Assembly: GCA_023205875.1 (NCBI GenBank)
Contig: CP060766.1
Span: forward strand, 310,001-374,000
DNA from: Chloropicon primus
Lineage: Eukaryota
Length of the DNA stretch: 64,000 nucleotides
Direction: 5' to 3'
The notes under the pieces were generated by a model. It worked only from the letters and a program-made list of their open reading frames with translations. It had not been told where the DNA came from and searched no databases. Shown here piece by piece: positions 9,587 to 21,009 of the stretch (positions are counted from its first letter, which is position 1; every line of letters begins with the position of its first letter). The position numbers and the translations under genes are program-made.

Positions 9587-11929
9587 TTATCTTAACAGCT
9601 CCAGGAGGAGGCCAAGAAGGTCGTCGCAAGACTCGTGCTTGGTGGAGAAGGGGGAGCACATGAAGTACACCACGTTGCCAAGGGGGCGGGAGTAGACTCC
9701 GCGATCTCTCAGGAGTTGGACGAGATCCGCCGAAGCCGTGGAGTTGTAACCCTGCTCCCCCGAGAGCTCCACGGCGAGGACGGTGCCGAGGGCGACGGCG
9801 TTCTCGACGCGAGCCGCCTTGGAGATTTCCGCCGTGAGGTCCTCGTCCCAGTAGATCCTGGAGCCCTCGTCCACCTTGAGGATCGCGTTGTATCTGTCGA
9901 ACGCAAAGTTAGCGGCGGAGCAACCGATGGGGTGGGCGGTGTAGCTGTGCCCGTGGAGCAAGGCATTCGTCTTGGAATCGTCCAGGAAGCAGTCGAAGAC
10001 GTCCTCGCCGGCCAGGGTCACTCCGAGGGGGACCGCGCCTCCCGTGAGGAGTTTGCCGTAGCACGCGATGTCCGGATTGATCCCCAGGAGATCCTTGACG
10101 GACTCGTAACCAAAGCGGTAGAGCCCCACGAAAATCTCGTCGAAGATCACGGGAATTCCCCGACCCCTGCAGTAGCTCACCAGCTCCCTCTGCCACAGCG
10201 GGTCGATGAACTTCATGCCGCCGGCTCCCTGGCAGACCGGCTCGATCAGCAGAGCCCCCAAGTTGTCGTGCCCCTCCAGCTCGTCCCTGATGACCTCGTT
10301 GTACAGCCCTCGAAGCTCGGCGTCTTGGTCGAAAAAATCTCGGATGTCGTCGTCGAAAAAGTCCGTCAGGGACTTGAACGGCGTTTCCACCACCAATCTC
10401 CCATCGTCCACCTCGATGCTCCACGTCCCGCCCTTTTGCTTGAGGTAGGCGGGCTGCAAGGGGACGCACTGCTGCACGTTCCAAGGAAACTGGACGGGGC
10501 CGTTGAACACGCTCTTCTCCACCGCATTCATGCACGCGAGGGTGTCCCCGTGGTACCCGTGCCTCTGGGTGACCACGGAGACGCCCCCAAAGTCGAATTC
10601 GACGTCCTCGTCCCCGAGGCAATCGGGCCCGAGGCGATCCACGAGGTACTTTCGGAACGCCATCTTCAGGGCGACCTCGATCGCCGTGGACCCGTTGTCC
10701 GAGTAAAACACTCGGCTGGCCCATCCTTGGCCGGGACCCCGCAACAGGTTCCTCGTGCAGCGCAGGACGGGCTCGTGCACGTTCGTGGGAAAGATGACGT
10801 GGCCAAACCTGCTTGCGGCGTACCCCAATTTCTTCGCCATCTCCATCTGCATCTGCAGGTCTGGTCCCTGCGTCCACCAGCTCGCACAGGCGTCGAACTG
10901 GGGCGCGAGGCAGCCCTTCTCTCCGTCAAAAGTCGTGAACTGGTGCCCCTCCTTGCTGTCGATGACCATGATCTCTCCCTCGTCCAGGGCCTTGTGCTGC
11001 ACGAAGGGGTACCAGAAAGTCCGCAGAGCTTCCGCCTTGAGGCTTTCCATCTCTCCCACCTTCCGGAGGTGGGCGTCCATGACATCCTTCACGACAACCT
11101 CGGCCTCCGCCCTCGTCCCGGTCAGGGAGAGCCACTCCTCCAGCTCCCTCACGTAGTCCTCGCCGTCCGTGACGCACGTCTTGGATTCGAGCGGCGTCAT
11201 TCTCCTCACCTCGACCTCGGAGCCCGCCACGTGGCCCTCCAACGCCTCCTTGTTGTTCAAACCCTTCTCCCCGTCCTCCAGGATCAGCAAGTGGGACAGG
11301 TCGAAACCCCTGATCTCGATCGATTCCTTCGCGGAGAGCGTGCCGGTGATCCCCCCCAGCGCCGCGCTCCCGACGAGTATCCCTGGGTACCTCAGCGGCC
11401 TCAGCAAGTCCGCGAGGAGCGTGCCCGAGGGCCCGGGCGAAAGCGGCCCCCCCGCGATCTCGACCAGCATCAGCCCGTCCAGGTTCGAATCGCGGAGCTC
11501 CCGCCTGAACGCTTCCTCCTGCAACCGTATCGCGCGCACAACGTCACCGTCAGGGACGAGGCGCCCCTCCATCTCCACCGCCAAGTGAGGCGACACGGGA
11601 TTCCTCCAACCGAAGAGCGTCGCCGCGGAGGCAAAGGCAGAGGCAGAGGTGCCTCCCCCGCCTCCTTCCCCTTCCCCTCCCGCAATTCCCGCGACCGCCG
11701 CGAGAGCGTGCGAGCCCACATCGTGCCCAGCACCGAGTGCCCTCGCCACCCTCGCTCCGTCCATCTCCCACACGTTGCCGCTCACCCCCGTCTGAATCGG
11801 CTTGAGGTATCGTACAGGAACCCGAAGCCTCCTGGCCGCGGAGGAGAGGGCACAGGACACCAAAGTCTTCCCGACATCCGTGTTACTTCCCCAGATTAGC
11901 CTCACCGCCAACCTCCCTCCCGTCGCCAT
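9587..11929 (-). CDS. BIO3-BIO1: Bifunctional dethiobiotin synthetase / 7,8-diaminopelargonic acid aminotransferase
   Basis: N-terminal P-loop WGSNTDVGKT and KPIQTG; aminotransferase motifs DACASWW, SDNGSTAIEVALKMA, GYHGDT, IFDEIF, DIACYGKLLTGG, HGHSYTAHP. ATG at 11929. Confidence 0.95.
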   Translation of the reverse strand: MATGGRLAVRLIWGSNTDVGKTLVSCALSSAARRLRVPVRYLKPIQTGVSGNVWEMDGARVARALGAGHDVGSHALAAVAGIAGGEGEGGGGGTSASAFASAATLFGWRNPVSPHLAVEMEGRLVPDGDVVRAIRLQEEAFRRELRDSNLDGLMLVEIAGGPLSPGPSGTLLADLLRPLRYPGILVGSAALGGITGTLSAKESIEIRGFDLSHLLILEDGEKGLNNKEALEGHVAGSEVEVRRMTPLESKTCVTDGEDYVRELEEWLSLTGTRAEAEVVVKDVMDAHLRKVGEMESLKAEALRTFWYPFVQHKALDEGEIMVIDSKEGHQFTTFDGEKGCLAPQFDACASWWTQGPDLQMQMEMAKKLGYAASRFGHVIFPTNVHEPVLRCTRNLLRGPGQGWASRVFYSDNGSTAIEVALKMAFRKYLVDRLGPDCLGDEDVEFDFGGVSVVTQRHGYHGDTLACMNAVEKSVFNGPVQFPWNVQQCVPLQPAYLKQKGGTWSIEVDDGRLVVETPFKSLTDFFDDDIRDFFDQDAELRGLYNEVIRDELEGHDNLGALLIEPVCQGAGGMKFIDPLWQRELVSYCRGRGIPVIFDEIFVGLYRFGYESVKDLLGINPDIACYGKLLTGGAVPLGVTLAGEDVFDCFLDDSKTNALLHGHSYTAHPIGCSAANFAFDRYNAILKVDEGSRIYWDEDLTAEISKAARVENAVALGTVLAVELSGEQGYNSTASADLVQLLRDRGVYSRPLGNVVYFMCSPFSTKHESCDDLLGLLLELLR

Positions 11930-12288
11930 CCTCCCTCCAAAAACGTAACGTAACGCCCGAGCTCTTTCTCTCTCTCTGTCTCTCCCGCCAAAATTTTGAG
12001 GCCTCGTCCTCCATGTTTCTCCCGCCAAGAGTCGAGCGATCGACCTGAGACTGTGGGCGAGGGATGCCCAAGGAAGGACGGGAGAGAGAGAGAGAGGGGA
12101 GGAGAGCAAGACAGACAGGCGGAAGCGTCTTGTCGTGACCTTTCGAAAGAGCCGTCGCTCGAGGCAAGCGACTCGGTATTGAGGATTGGAAACCAAGACG
12201 AACACGCGGTGGAATTTGTTGAAGCTTTTTGTGTGCCGTTTCGTCCATCGTTTCCTAGGTTTTGTTTTGTTTGTGGTCAAGGGAAGCG

Positions 12289-14535
12289 ATGGAGGGAGTC
12301 CGCTGGAAGGCTCTGACGGCTTTCGAGAAAGGCGTGGAGTCCGAGGAAGGTTTCCTGCGTTGGTTGGGGAAGCAGGAGGGACGCGACAGCGTGCAAAGCA
12401 AGCTGAAGCATGGAAGTGATCTGGGCAACGGTGGCTGTGGTGGTGGGAAGAAGGGGAAGGGGAAGCGCGGAGGTGAAGGGAGCGGGGCGTCGTCGACCAA
12501 GTTCGCGAGGTTGAGCAAGGACGAGACGAGGAAGGCCGTGCAGTCCCTGTTCCATTCGTACACGCAAGGCTCGGCGAAGAAGGGCGGGGAGACTGGCCAG
12601 ACCAAGGAGATACTCGTGAGCGCTGTGGTGAAGAACCTCAAGGAGGGCAAGTACGAGCGCACGAGCTCGTCGCTGGAGGCTGCGGCGAGGGGGAAGGTCG
12701 TCGCAGGGGCAGCGGGGTCGAAGGATGGTGCGGACCACCACGTCAAGGTGGAGACGCACGGCCTCGTGGACTTCGAGGAGGACGGCACCTGCTGCATCCC
12801 GCGCAAAGCGCTCGAGGACTCGAATCAGCTCAAGGGCCTGGCCGCCAAAGCCCTCAAGTTCGTCGACCTGGTGAGGGGAACCTGCTCGCCGTTCGAGGAG
12901 TTCACCAAGTTGGAGCTGGAGCTGAAGTCTCACACGCTCGCCGTGAGAGCTGCCAAGGTCAAGGCGGAGACGCTCAAGCCCCTGGAGGAGTCTTTCCAGG
13001 AGGAGAAGGACATCCTGGTTCAGCTGAAGGCCGAGGGACCGAACGAGTTGATGGGGCAGATTCTGGGCGGGGGCAAGTCGGGTTACGTCAAAGCCGTCGA
13101 CGAGACGCTCGCTCTGCAGCTGGACCTCTTCCACATGCAGAGGAGGCTGGAGGTGGTTGACAGGGAAAGGCAAGAGCTCAACTTGCTTTTGCAGATGGGG
13201 GCGATGACGAATCAGAGGGAGGAGAATGCGGCCAGGCTCGAGCAGCTCGCGCGGATGCAAAACGAGATCCTCGAAGGGACCAACATGAGCATGGGCACAA
13301 AGCTGCCCGTGGTGATGCAGTCTTGGTACCTACTTCTACAGTCCTACTACCAGCACCTGCTCGACAGGGTGTACCAGAAGAACAAGGACTTGCTCAGCGT
13401 GCTCGAAGGTCTTCCCGAGGACGCGAAGCTGTCGGACTCGGACAGGGAGAAGCTTGAGGGCCACTGGAAGACTCAATATGACGGCGTGAGCAAGTTTCTG
13501 ACGGAGTGGCAGGCCAACTTTGAGAGCAAGGACGGGAAGGGCCAGATGACGTTGGAGAAAGCATCTGGGCATCTGCAAAGCGTGAGGACCGCGTTCAAGG
13601 AGTGGGTGAGCAAAGACATCGAGCACCTGACCCAGTTGGGGTCCCTGAAGCAGTCGGCCGGCGATTCGCTCACAAAGGTTCAGATTGTGGAGATCGATTC
13701 GGACGACTCGGACAGCGAGTCAGAGTCCGGCGAGGAGGAGGAAGGGGGAGCCTCGGTGGAGTTGAACCTCAAGAGCTTTGCGGACCTTTCCTCGTCCTCG
13801 AAAGCAGCTCTGGATGAAGTGGGGTCGAAAGAGAGGGGGCTGAAGAAGGTAGCCGCTGCGTACGACCGCGCCAGGCTTGGGATGCACAACCTGGCCCTCG
13901 CCTTCCTCGTCTCCGAGGTGTACTCTCACGTCGTGGACTTGTACTGCTTTCATCAGGCTGACAAGGGGATGCAGCTCCTGCTGCAAGTGGAAGAGCAGAA
14001 GAAGCAGAAGAAGCAGAAGGCGAGAGAGAAGGAGAAGGAGAGGGAGAGGGAGAGGGAGGAGAAGCTCCATGCATCTCGCAAGCAGGAAGAGAAGGAGGAG
14101 AAAGAGGAGGTAGAATTGGTCGTGGACGAAGCATTCCAGGAGGTGGGCGGCAACATTTTTTCCGTGCTTGAGGAGACCAAAGGAAAGAAGGAGGGGAAAG
14201 CCGTTATCGCGAAGAAGGAGGTCCCGCAGACTACTACAGGCGTGGAAAGCGAGAAGCCAAAGAGGAAGAACAAGAAGAGAAAACCAAAGAGCAAGGAGAC
14301 TGCTGAAGCTTTCAAGGACACCGACAGGGTTGTTGTTGAAAAGATGACAGAGGAGGAGGGGGTCCAGGAGGAGGAAGAGGAGGAGACGAGACATCTCAAG
14401 ACAGTTCTGGCGAAAAGGCAGGCCCACCTGCACCTTTCGGTGGAGCTTGCCAAGGCGGAGCTCGAAGCCGCGCAGAAAAAGTACGAGAAGGCCCAGCACC
14501 AACTGAGGCGCTTCAATCAGATCATCTCCAATTAG
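12289..14535 (+). CDS. Coiled-coil hypothetical protein (748 aa)
   Basis: Long ATG ORF with typical codon usage and E/K-rich helical segments; divergent from BIO3-BIO1. Confidence 0.8.
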   Translation: MEGVRWKALTAFEKGVESEEGFLRWLGKQEGRDSVQSKLKHGSDLGNGGCGGGKKGKGKRGGEGSGASSTKFARLSKDETRKAVQSLFHSYTQGSAKKGGETGQTKEILVSAVVKNLKEGKYERTSSSLEAAARGKVVAGAAGSKDGADHHVKVETHGLVDFEEDGTCCIPRKALEDSNQLKGLAAKALKFVDLVRGTCSPFEEFTKLELELKSHTLAVRAAKVKAETLKPLEESFQEEKDILVQLKAEGPNELMGQILGGGKSGYVKAVDETLALQLDLFHMQRRLEVVDRERQELNLLLQMGAMTNQREENAARLEQLARMQNEILEGTNMSMGTKLPVVMQSWYLLLQSYYQHLLDRVYQKNKDLLSVLEGLPEDAKLSDSDREKLEGHWKTQYDGVSKFLTEWQANFESKDGKGQMTLEKASGHLQSVRTAFKEWVSKDIEHLTQLGSLKQSAGDSLTKVQIVEIDSDDSDSESESGEEEEGGASVELNLKSFADLSSSSKAALDEVGSKERGLKKVAAAYDRARLGMHNLALAFLVSEVYSHVVDLYCFHQADKGMQLLLQVEEQKKQKKQKAREKEKEREREREEKLHASRKQEEKEEKEEVELVVDEAFQEVGGNIFSVLEETKGKKEGKAVIAKKEVPQTTTGVESEKPKRKNKKRKPKSKETAEAFKDTDRVVVEKMTEEEGVQEEEEEETRHLKTVLAKRQAHLHLSVELAKAELEAAQKKYEKAQHQLRRFNQIISN

Positions 14536-14625
14536 AATAACAAATTATTTTTGATATTATGTACAATTTCACCGGGGCTTCCTGTCAAAAATATAAGCGG
14601 CGCTTGCAAGTAGCTTGCTCCTCGC

Positions 14626-17052
14626 TCAGAAGTTCACAAAAAAGTTTTTGGTTTCGCTGTCAAAGCTCTGTTCTGTGTCGTTCTGGATCCCAGGCTTGCT
14701 GCGGCGACGGCGTTTGCTGATGGTGGGCATATGAGGTGGCTTATACTTCTTTGCCGCAAGCATTTCCCATGGAATGCCCTTCAGCCACTTGTGAGTTTTC
14801 AGCTCCAGCACACCGCCTTCTCTGCAGCCCAGCCTCTTTTGATGCTCCCTTTGCAGGAGCTCCTGGATGAATTCCTTGGCTGCGGGCTTCATGTAGGGGG
14901 GGTACTGGATCTCCCAGTGCGGGTCGACAATCCTCTGAACCACGACCATGGGGTCATTCGTCCTCGGCTGGTTGAATGGCTGCTTTCCCGTGAGAAGCAC
15001 GTAAGTGAGGACCCCCAAAGACCAGAAATCGACGCTGTAGCTGTATCCTTGCGTGAAAACATTCTCTGGGGCCACATAACCTGGTGTGCCACAGAAGGTA
15101 GTCGTCTTCTCTTCAGGCAAGTTCTTCAGATTCTTTGCAAAGCCAAAGTCCCCAAGCTTCACAAACCCCCTCTCATCCACGAGCACGTTCTCTGGCTTCA
15201 AGTCCCTGTAGACAATACCATTCCAGTGCAAGTACTCCAGCACCAGAATGATTTGCGCCACGTAGAATTGGGCTAGCTTCTCATCCAGACCCACAAGGAA
15301 TTTTGCGTTCTCCCCATCCCCAGATCTCTTCAGGCAAGACGTGAATCCGCCGCCGCTCGTTCTCATGAGCCTCGCCTCTCCGCACAGCACATCCATCAAG
15401 TCTCCACTTGGGAGGTAATCGAACAAAAAGTACAGGTGCTTCTTGTCCTGGAAGCTGGCATACTGCCTGATCACAAAGGGGTGAGTGATGTTCCTAGTGA
15501 TCTTCTGCTCGCATAGAATATGACTCCTGCAATGGTCGACAGAAGACTTTGCGATCCGCTTCATCGCAAATTTCCTCTTGCTTCTTTCCTCGCACACTTC
15601 ATACACCACACTGAAAGCCCCTGAGCCGAGGATGGCCCCCTTGATCAAGCTAAGTCCGAATTCCTTCACGTCCTCTTCAGAGGCATTCCGAATAAGCATG
15701 CTTGCACTGCTGACTTGAGGTCTAGCCGCCCCACCGGTCCCCTCGCTGTCATCAGTGGTGTTCTCCCGAATGTTGTTCATGAAACTATCTGTCAGGAAGG
15801 ATCCAAGATCCTCATGGGCTGACGAATCGTTCGAACCATCGGAGCTGACAGACCTCGTGGAAGACCTCCGCCTGTACGCGTTGTAGCTGGCAATGTACGA
15901 CTCATCGACGCTCCCTCTTTTGTACCTATCGCTCTTCTCACCATGCTTTTTGCTCGCCTTCTTGTGGTCTCGCAGACGCGCCGCTTCGTAGAGATGCCCC
16001 CTGGCCCTGCTCACGATGACTAGTTTCCCTGTCGCATCCTTTTCCTTGATGAAGATGGGGCAAGGCACGTCCTTGCCAGTGTTTTTCAACGACATCCACT
16101 TGGACCGCATCAGTTCCGGCTTCTTCTCCCTCTGCATCATCTCGTACAAGGGCCTCAGCACGTCAGCCTTCTCTACGGGGATGGAAATGCAGTGCATGCT
16201 TTCGCCTCCCTTGCTGGCCCTGATCGTGTTGTTATAAATGTTCTCGCTCGAGTCCTCCTTGGGTGCGATGCTTTCCTCGCCGAAAAACTCGCCCGAGAAC
16301 AGCTCGGTCAGAACCTCTTCCTTGCCATTATTGTCGTTCGTAAACAGCGTGGCCTCGCCCTTCATGATGATGTAGAACTTGTTCGCCGCGGTGCCTTGCT
16401 TGCACACGATGTCGCCGGAAAGGAAAACTTCCTCGTCCAGATCCTCCACGAGCTTCTGCCTTTCCGTCTTGTTCAGGGGCTGGATGACGTGCACGCTGTT
16501 CAGGAAGATGTCCAGCTGAATGTCCCTCACGTTGCCCGACTCTTGCCTGACGTAATAGTTGAAGAATTCCCTCGTCAGGACCCACACGCTCGAGTCGCTA
16601 AGCGCGACGACCGTAGCGTTTCTAGGCACCGAGTACAGAAGGGCGACCTCCCCGAAGATGTCCCCGGCCTCTTTCCTGTTCACTCGCACGTTGAGGTCCT
16701 CGTACTTCTGAAGGACCTCGAACTCGCCTGACTTGACCACGTAAAGCTCCGAAGCTGCAACGCCCTCCTCTCCCTCTCGGATAAGTATGTCACCAGCAGG
16801 TACCTCCCTTAGGTACATGTAGGAGCAAAGCATCGCTTGCTTTTCAGGCGGCAGGTTATTGAATATCAGGAGCTTGTTCAGTGCCTCTATCAGGAAAGGA
16901 AAGTCCTCTTGCACAGCAGAAGAAGCGGAAGACGGCAGGCTCGGCCTTCTCCAGAGGTGACCTCCTGTTATGGCAAGTGCACGGGACACCACTCCCATCT
17001 CTTTCAGGCCCATCCCTTCGTTCTCCTCGACTTTCGATAAACAGACACCCAT
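14626..17052 (-). CDS. Cyclic-nucleotide-dependent (PKG-like) AGC protein kinase
   Basis: MGVCLS acylation-type N-terminus; two cNMP-binding domains (FGEVALLYSVPRNATV, FFGEES); kinase motifs GSGAFS, YRDLKPEN, DFG, TFCGTPGYVAPE. Confidence 0.93.
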   Translation of the reverse strand: MGVCLSKVEENEGMGLKEMGVVSRALAITGGHLWRRPSLPSSASSAVQEDFPFLIEALNKLLIFNNLPPEKQAMLCSYMYLREVPAGDILIREGEEGVAASELYVVKSGEFEVLQKYEDLNVRVNRKEAGDIFGEVALLYSVPRNATVVALSDSSVWVLTREFFNYYVRQESGNVRDIQLDIFLNSVHVIQPLNKTERQKLVEDLDEEVFLSGDIVCKQGTAANKFYIIMKGEATLFTNDNNGKEEVLTELFSGEFFGEESIAPKEDSSENIYNNTIRASKGGESMHCISIPVEKADVLRPLYEMMQREKKPELMRSKWMSLKNTGKDVPCPIFIKEKDATGKLVIVSRARGHLYEAARLRDHKKASKKHGEKSDRYKRGSVDESYIASYNAYRRRSSTRSVSSDGSNDSSAHEDLGSFLTDSFMNNIRENTTDDSEGTGGAARPQVSSASMLIRNASEEDVKEFGLSLIKGAILGSGAFSVVYEVCEERSKRKFAMKRIAKSSVDHCRSHILCEQKITRNITHPFVIRQYASFQDKKHLYFLFDYLPSGDLMDVLCGEARLMRTSGGGFTSCLKRSGDGENAKFLVGLDEKLAQFYVAQIILVLEYLHWNGIVYRDLKPENVLVDERGFVKLGDFGFAKNLKNLPEEKTTTFCGTPGYVAPENVFTQGYSYSVDFWSLGVLTYVLLTGKQPFNQPRTNDPMVVVQRIVDPHWEIQYPPYMKPAAKEFIQELLQREHQKRLGCREGGVLELKTHKWLKGIPWEMLAAKKYKPPHMPTISKRRRRSKPGIQNDTEQSFDSETKNFFVNF

Positions 17053-17608
17053 CTTTCCCCTTTATAATACTACTCAAACCCCTCGTCCCGGTGAAACCGA
17101 CAAACACACAAAAGATCTTTAGACCTCTCTACCCGTTCAGGCTTATACCTCGCGAGGCTTGGTGTGCAAAGACCATGTCCTTCCCTCCCTCGCTAAGCTT
17201 GTGCTCCTCTCCTCCTGCTAATACTGCCTCCAGGCCCACCACTGGCTCTTGTCCTTGCTTGCACTACTTGTCCCTTCGGAACTTTGTCCTCCTCAAGAGG
17301 AACACCTTGCTCTCTCGAGCCCTCTTGCTATCCAAAACCGAACCGCTTTCCTTCCAAGGTCCTCCTCTCTGCTATCGCCTCGGCTTCACTCCTGGTGGAC
17401 CAACTATATCCCCAACCTTTCCAAGGCACCTGTCGAGCCTTTCCTCTCTCGATCCGCGACGGTTCTTCTATCTTTCATCCACAGAAAGGAAGGGAGTGCC
17501 TCTCCCTCTTTCTCTCTCTCTCACTCACCCTCTCTCAGCAGGTGATTAAGAAAAAACAGTCGGCGGTGGGTCCACGTGGGGATGATGATGACACCAGTTA
17601 TGAGTTCC

Positions 17609-17686
17609 GACAAGAGAAGGACAAGAGAAGGACAAGAGAAGGACAAGAGAAAGACAAAAGAGAGAGAAGGACAAGGACAAGGACAA
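17609..17686. repeat. Short tandem repeat (GACAAGAGAAG)n / (GGACAA)n
   Basis: Direct inspection. Confidence 0.85.
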
Positions 17687-17960
17687 AACCCTTTAGAACC
17701 ACAACAAAGAGACACAATATGCTACACAATATGCTATACCACTAGAATGAATCGCTACACAGTAGGCCTTGCCTTGCACTCGCCTCGACTTCGATGGAAT
17801 GGGACGGAAATGTTACCACCCTATATTTATATTTCCATGAGGAAAAGTGGACGAATTTCCGGATTCTTTGGGTTCGAAACTTGACTTCCTCTGCTCCTCT
17901 GCTTGAGAGACTTTTGTGGAGCTCGAGCGTCTTTGGCATTCCCTTCCTCAGCGGGGTCAC

Positions 17961-18406
17961 CAGGAGGCACTGCAGTGCCGACCCACCGCATTGGTGTCCA
18001 AGTCCATCGCCCTTTCCCTCCATACTCCCTTCCAGGGTTTGGTTTGGTTTCAGGGGACCACCTTGGTCTGAGACTTGGTCCAGAAGCTTAAAGCATAGAC
18101 CCTTCATAGACAAGGGGAGAGGAGACCTTTGCAGCGCGTGCAGGAGGCAGTGCAGTGCCGACCCACCGCCTTGGTGTCCAAGTCCATCGCCCTTTCCCTC
18201 CATACTCCCTTCCAGGGTTTGGTTTGGTTTCAGGGGACCGCCTTGGTCTGAGACTTGGTCCAGAAGCTTAAAGCATAGACCCTTCATAGACAAGGGGAGA
18301 GGAGACCTTTGCAGCGCGTGCAGGAGGCAGTGCAGTGCCGACCCACCGCATTGGTGTCCAAGTCCATCGCCCTTTCCCTCCATACTCCCTTCCAGGGTTT
18401 GGTTTG
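17961..18406. repeat. 180-bp tandem repeat, about 2.5 copies
   Basis: Units start at 17961, 18141 and 18321 and are nearly identical. Confidence 0.95.
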
Positions 18407-18593
18407 ATTGTGGTTGCAGCTTTTGGTGTGGCAAGGCCCCAGTTGTTGGAGTGGTGTGGTGCTGGTGGAAGAAGATGACCAAGGACGCAGGCCGGTGAGG
18501 TGGTGATGATAATCCTTTAGTGACTAGCAGCTGTGGCCAATTGCGAAGCACCACCGGTGCGTGTATCAGGGAAAGAGAAGACGGAGAAGCGAG

Positions 18594-20975
18594 ATGATGT
18601 ACCAGTCGAGGCCCAAGCAAACGAAGCAGGTGTACACCTGGAGGAGGGTGCTGACAAAGAAAGAGTTCAGGAGCCAGGAGCCTGGGGGGAGAGCAGGCCA
18701 CGCACAATTTGTCCTGTCCAATGGCGACCTTAGGTTCTGGGTTCATGGAGGTCAAGCAGAGGGCGGGGCCTACACGGATGAGCTCTTCTGTTTCGATACG
18801 GGGAAGAAGGTGTGGTCAAAGCACAAGCTCCCGAACAGTCCAAGCCCGCGGGCTTACCATGGGATATGCATGTGCACTCCCACCACGGAGACGTTAATCG
18901 AGAAGGGAAAGAAGGCCCTTCCTCGGGTGGCCGTGTACGGTGGTATCGAGAAAGGGCAGCTGAAGAAGGAGGTCTCGATGTTGGAACAGTGGAACGCTTT
19001 CACCAACAAGTCCGCTTTCCTCAACGCCAAGAAAGCATCCCCATGGCTGCAGAGCGAGGAGGACTTCCAGGTGACCGGCAGCGTGCCCCTCCCTCGGTGC
19101 AACCACACGATGACGACGCTGGATACCGGACAACACGTTTTGGTTTTTGGTGGCTGGCACGGCCGCTTCGTCAGCGATCTTTATGTCTTGGATACGGAGC
19201 ACATGCACTGGGCGCTTAAGAAGGGGAAAGCGAACCCGAGGTCAAAGATCGAGTTCGACATCACTCCGAGGGCCGGCCACACGGCGGTCTTGGTCCGCAG
19301 GCAGCTGTTCGATCGAGGGCCGGAGGGGCAATTCGAGGGCCCTGCTTTGGTCTGCTTCGGGGGGCAGACGGACGGAGGCATGCAGCTCGACGAGGTGCTG
19401 GTGCTGGACCTGACGAACTGGGAGTGGCACAGGCCTCGGCCTCACGGGAGGGAGCCCGTGGCGAGATCAGGGCACTCTGCCGTGTTGCACGGGGATCGAA
19501 TTATTATCTTTGGTGGTTGGGACGGAGGCAAGGTGAGGGACGACATGCACGTGCTGGAGATTGCTGGCGACATGTACAGCGATTGGTGCTGGCAGGACCA
19601 GATCGTTCGGGGCGCTAAAGTCGACGGAAGGATCGGGCACGGGGCCGTGTGCATCAAGGGAGACATGTTTGTCTACGGCGGAATCGGCAAAGACCAAGAG
19701 TTCTTGGGCGACATGCACTTGCTGGAGATTCCTGATTGGAAGCCTGTGCCTTCGACCGTGAGCACGGTCGACAAGGTTCCTGGCGCAGAGGACCAGGACA
19801 TGACGACGAGAATCAGGAGGAACCAGGTGCTGGCCCAGCAGGACGTGGAGAAGGATCTCGACACCAAGCTGGACGAAGCGGTACAGGCGGTCTCGAGGAA
19901 GATCCAGGTGGTGAACGCCCAGAAGAAGGAGCAAGAGGAGTCGTTCGCCCAAATGGTTGCCCAGAACTTGAGGGAAGCCAAGCAGAAGAGCGTCTTTGAC
20001 CTCGTGCAGCATCACGGCAAGGGCTTCAACGACGCAATGGCGATTGCGAACGGCTTCAAGCCCGACGACAACAAGCTTGTGGACGTGAACAGCGCTGCGA
20101 ATCAAATCGTTGCGCAGTTCAACGTCCCAAGACCGCCCAGGGAGCGCAAGGAGCAGCCGAGGAGCGGCAACAGCGCGTGGCATGACGCGATCATCGGGGG
20201 TGTGGAGCAGGTGGCCTTGGAGCAGATTGCGGTGAATGGCGGCCTGATCAAGACCTGGGGAGCCCTTGTCGATGCGGGCGCGGGCGACTCCGAGAGCGAG
20301 GACGAGGGCGGCGTCGACGTCGGGGTGGACATGCAGCGGGCGACGAGGTACGAGAACGACCTCGAGAAGGAGCTCCAAGGGGAAAGCCTTCAGGATTTGG
20401 TTCAGCAGCAAACGGAGAGAGAATTTTCTTTCAAGCAGCAGTTCATGAAGAGCAGCAACGCCTACAAGAAGCAAAGCAGCTCCTCTCCGAACAGGAGGCC
20501 GAAGAGGCTCGTCAACATGCTTGGGGAGGCGCCTTTGGCGCTGACCCCCGCAAACATGTCCACGGAGCTTGCCGAGATCGTGAAGCAGGGAGCGGTGAGC
20601 ACGAGGATGAACGACAACACGGACCTCACTGCGATCATGGACACCCTCCCCGAGAACAAGCAGCCCGTCCCTCAAGGTATCATCGACTCCGCGATGAAGA
20701 TCAAGGCTCTCTTCATTGCCAACATGCACAGGAAGAGGTTCGAGCGCCTCCGGGCCACGGTGAGAATCCAAGCTCACGTCCGCAGGTTCATCACCGCGCT
20801 GAGGTTGAAGAGAGAGAGGACGCAGGCCTTGGAGGCCCAGCATGGCGCCTCGAGCTCCGGCGCCAAGGCGAACAAGAAACACAAGGACGACAGCAAGGGG
20901 AAGAAAAAGCCGGCGACAAATAAGAAGAAGAAGAAGAAAGAGAATCGGGGCTTTGGCTCGAGCCAGGCACGGTGA
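18594..20975 (+). CDS. Kelch-repeat beta-propeller protein with a C-terminal IQ-like motif
   Basis: Repeated R-x-x-H...(V/I)FGG...W blades; IQAHVRRFITA near the C-terminus; basic tail. Confidence 0.9.
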   Translation: MMYQSRPKQTKQVYTWRRVLTKKEFRSQEPGGRAGHAQFVLSNGDLRFWVHGGQAEGGAYTDELFCFDTGKKVWSKHKLPNSPSPRAYHGICMCTPTTETLIEKGKKALPRVAVYGGIEKGQLKKEVSMLEQWNAFTNKSAFLNAKKASPWLQSEEDFQVTGSVPLPRCNHTMTTLDTGQHVLVFGGWHGRFVSDLYVLDTEHMHWALKKGKANPRSKIEFDITPRAGHTAVLVRRQLFDRGPEGQFEGPALVCFGGQTDGGMQLDEVLVLDLTNWEWHRPRPHGREPVARSGHSAVLHGDRIIIFGGWDGGKVRDDMHVLEIAGDMYSDWCWQDQIVRGAKVDGRIGHGAVCIKGDMFVYGGIGKDQEFLGDMHLLEIPDWKPVPSTVSTVDKVPGAEDQDMTTRIRRNQVLAQQDVEKDLDTKLDEAVQAVSRKIQVVNAQKKEQEESFAQMVAQNLREAKQKSVFDLVQHHGKGFNDAMAIANGFKPDDNKLVDVNSAANQIVAQFNVPRPPRERKEQPRSGNSAWHDAIIGGVEQVALEQIAVNGGLIKTWGALVDAGAGDSESEDEGGVDVGVDMQRATRYENDLEKELQGESLQDLVQQQTEREFSFKQQFMKSSNAYKKQSSSSPNRRPKRLVNMLGEAPLALTPANMSTELAEIVKQGAVSTRMNDNTDLTAIMDTLPENKQPVPQGIIDSAMKIKALFIANMHRKRFERLRATVRIQAHVRRFITALRLKRERTQALEAQHGASSSGAKANKKHKDDSKGKKKPATNKKKKKKENRGFGSSQAR

Positions 20976-21009
20976 ACCGAGAATGTATATATATATATAT
21001 ATATATATA

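Noticed and set aside
9635..11899. Long antisense ORFs (also 19467-21047, 35938-37953, 44376-46781, 47336-49066, 56589-57854)
   Set aside because: They mirror real genes codon for codon. High GC3 suppresses antisense stops and they show no recognisable motifs.
17742..18755. ORFs through the 180-bp repeat on both strands
   Set aside because: Their length comes from a period divisible by 3; composition is atypical and no domain is visible.
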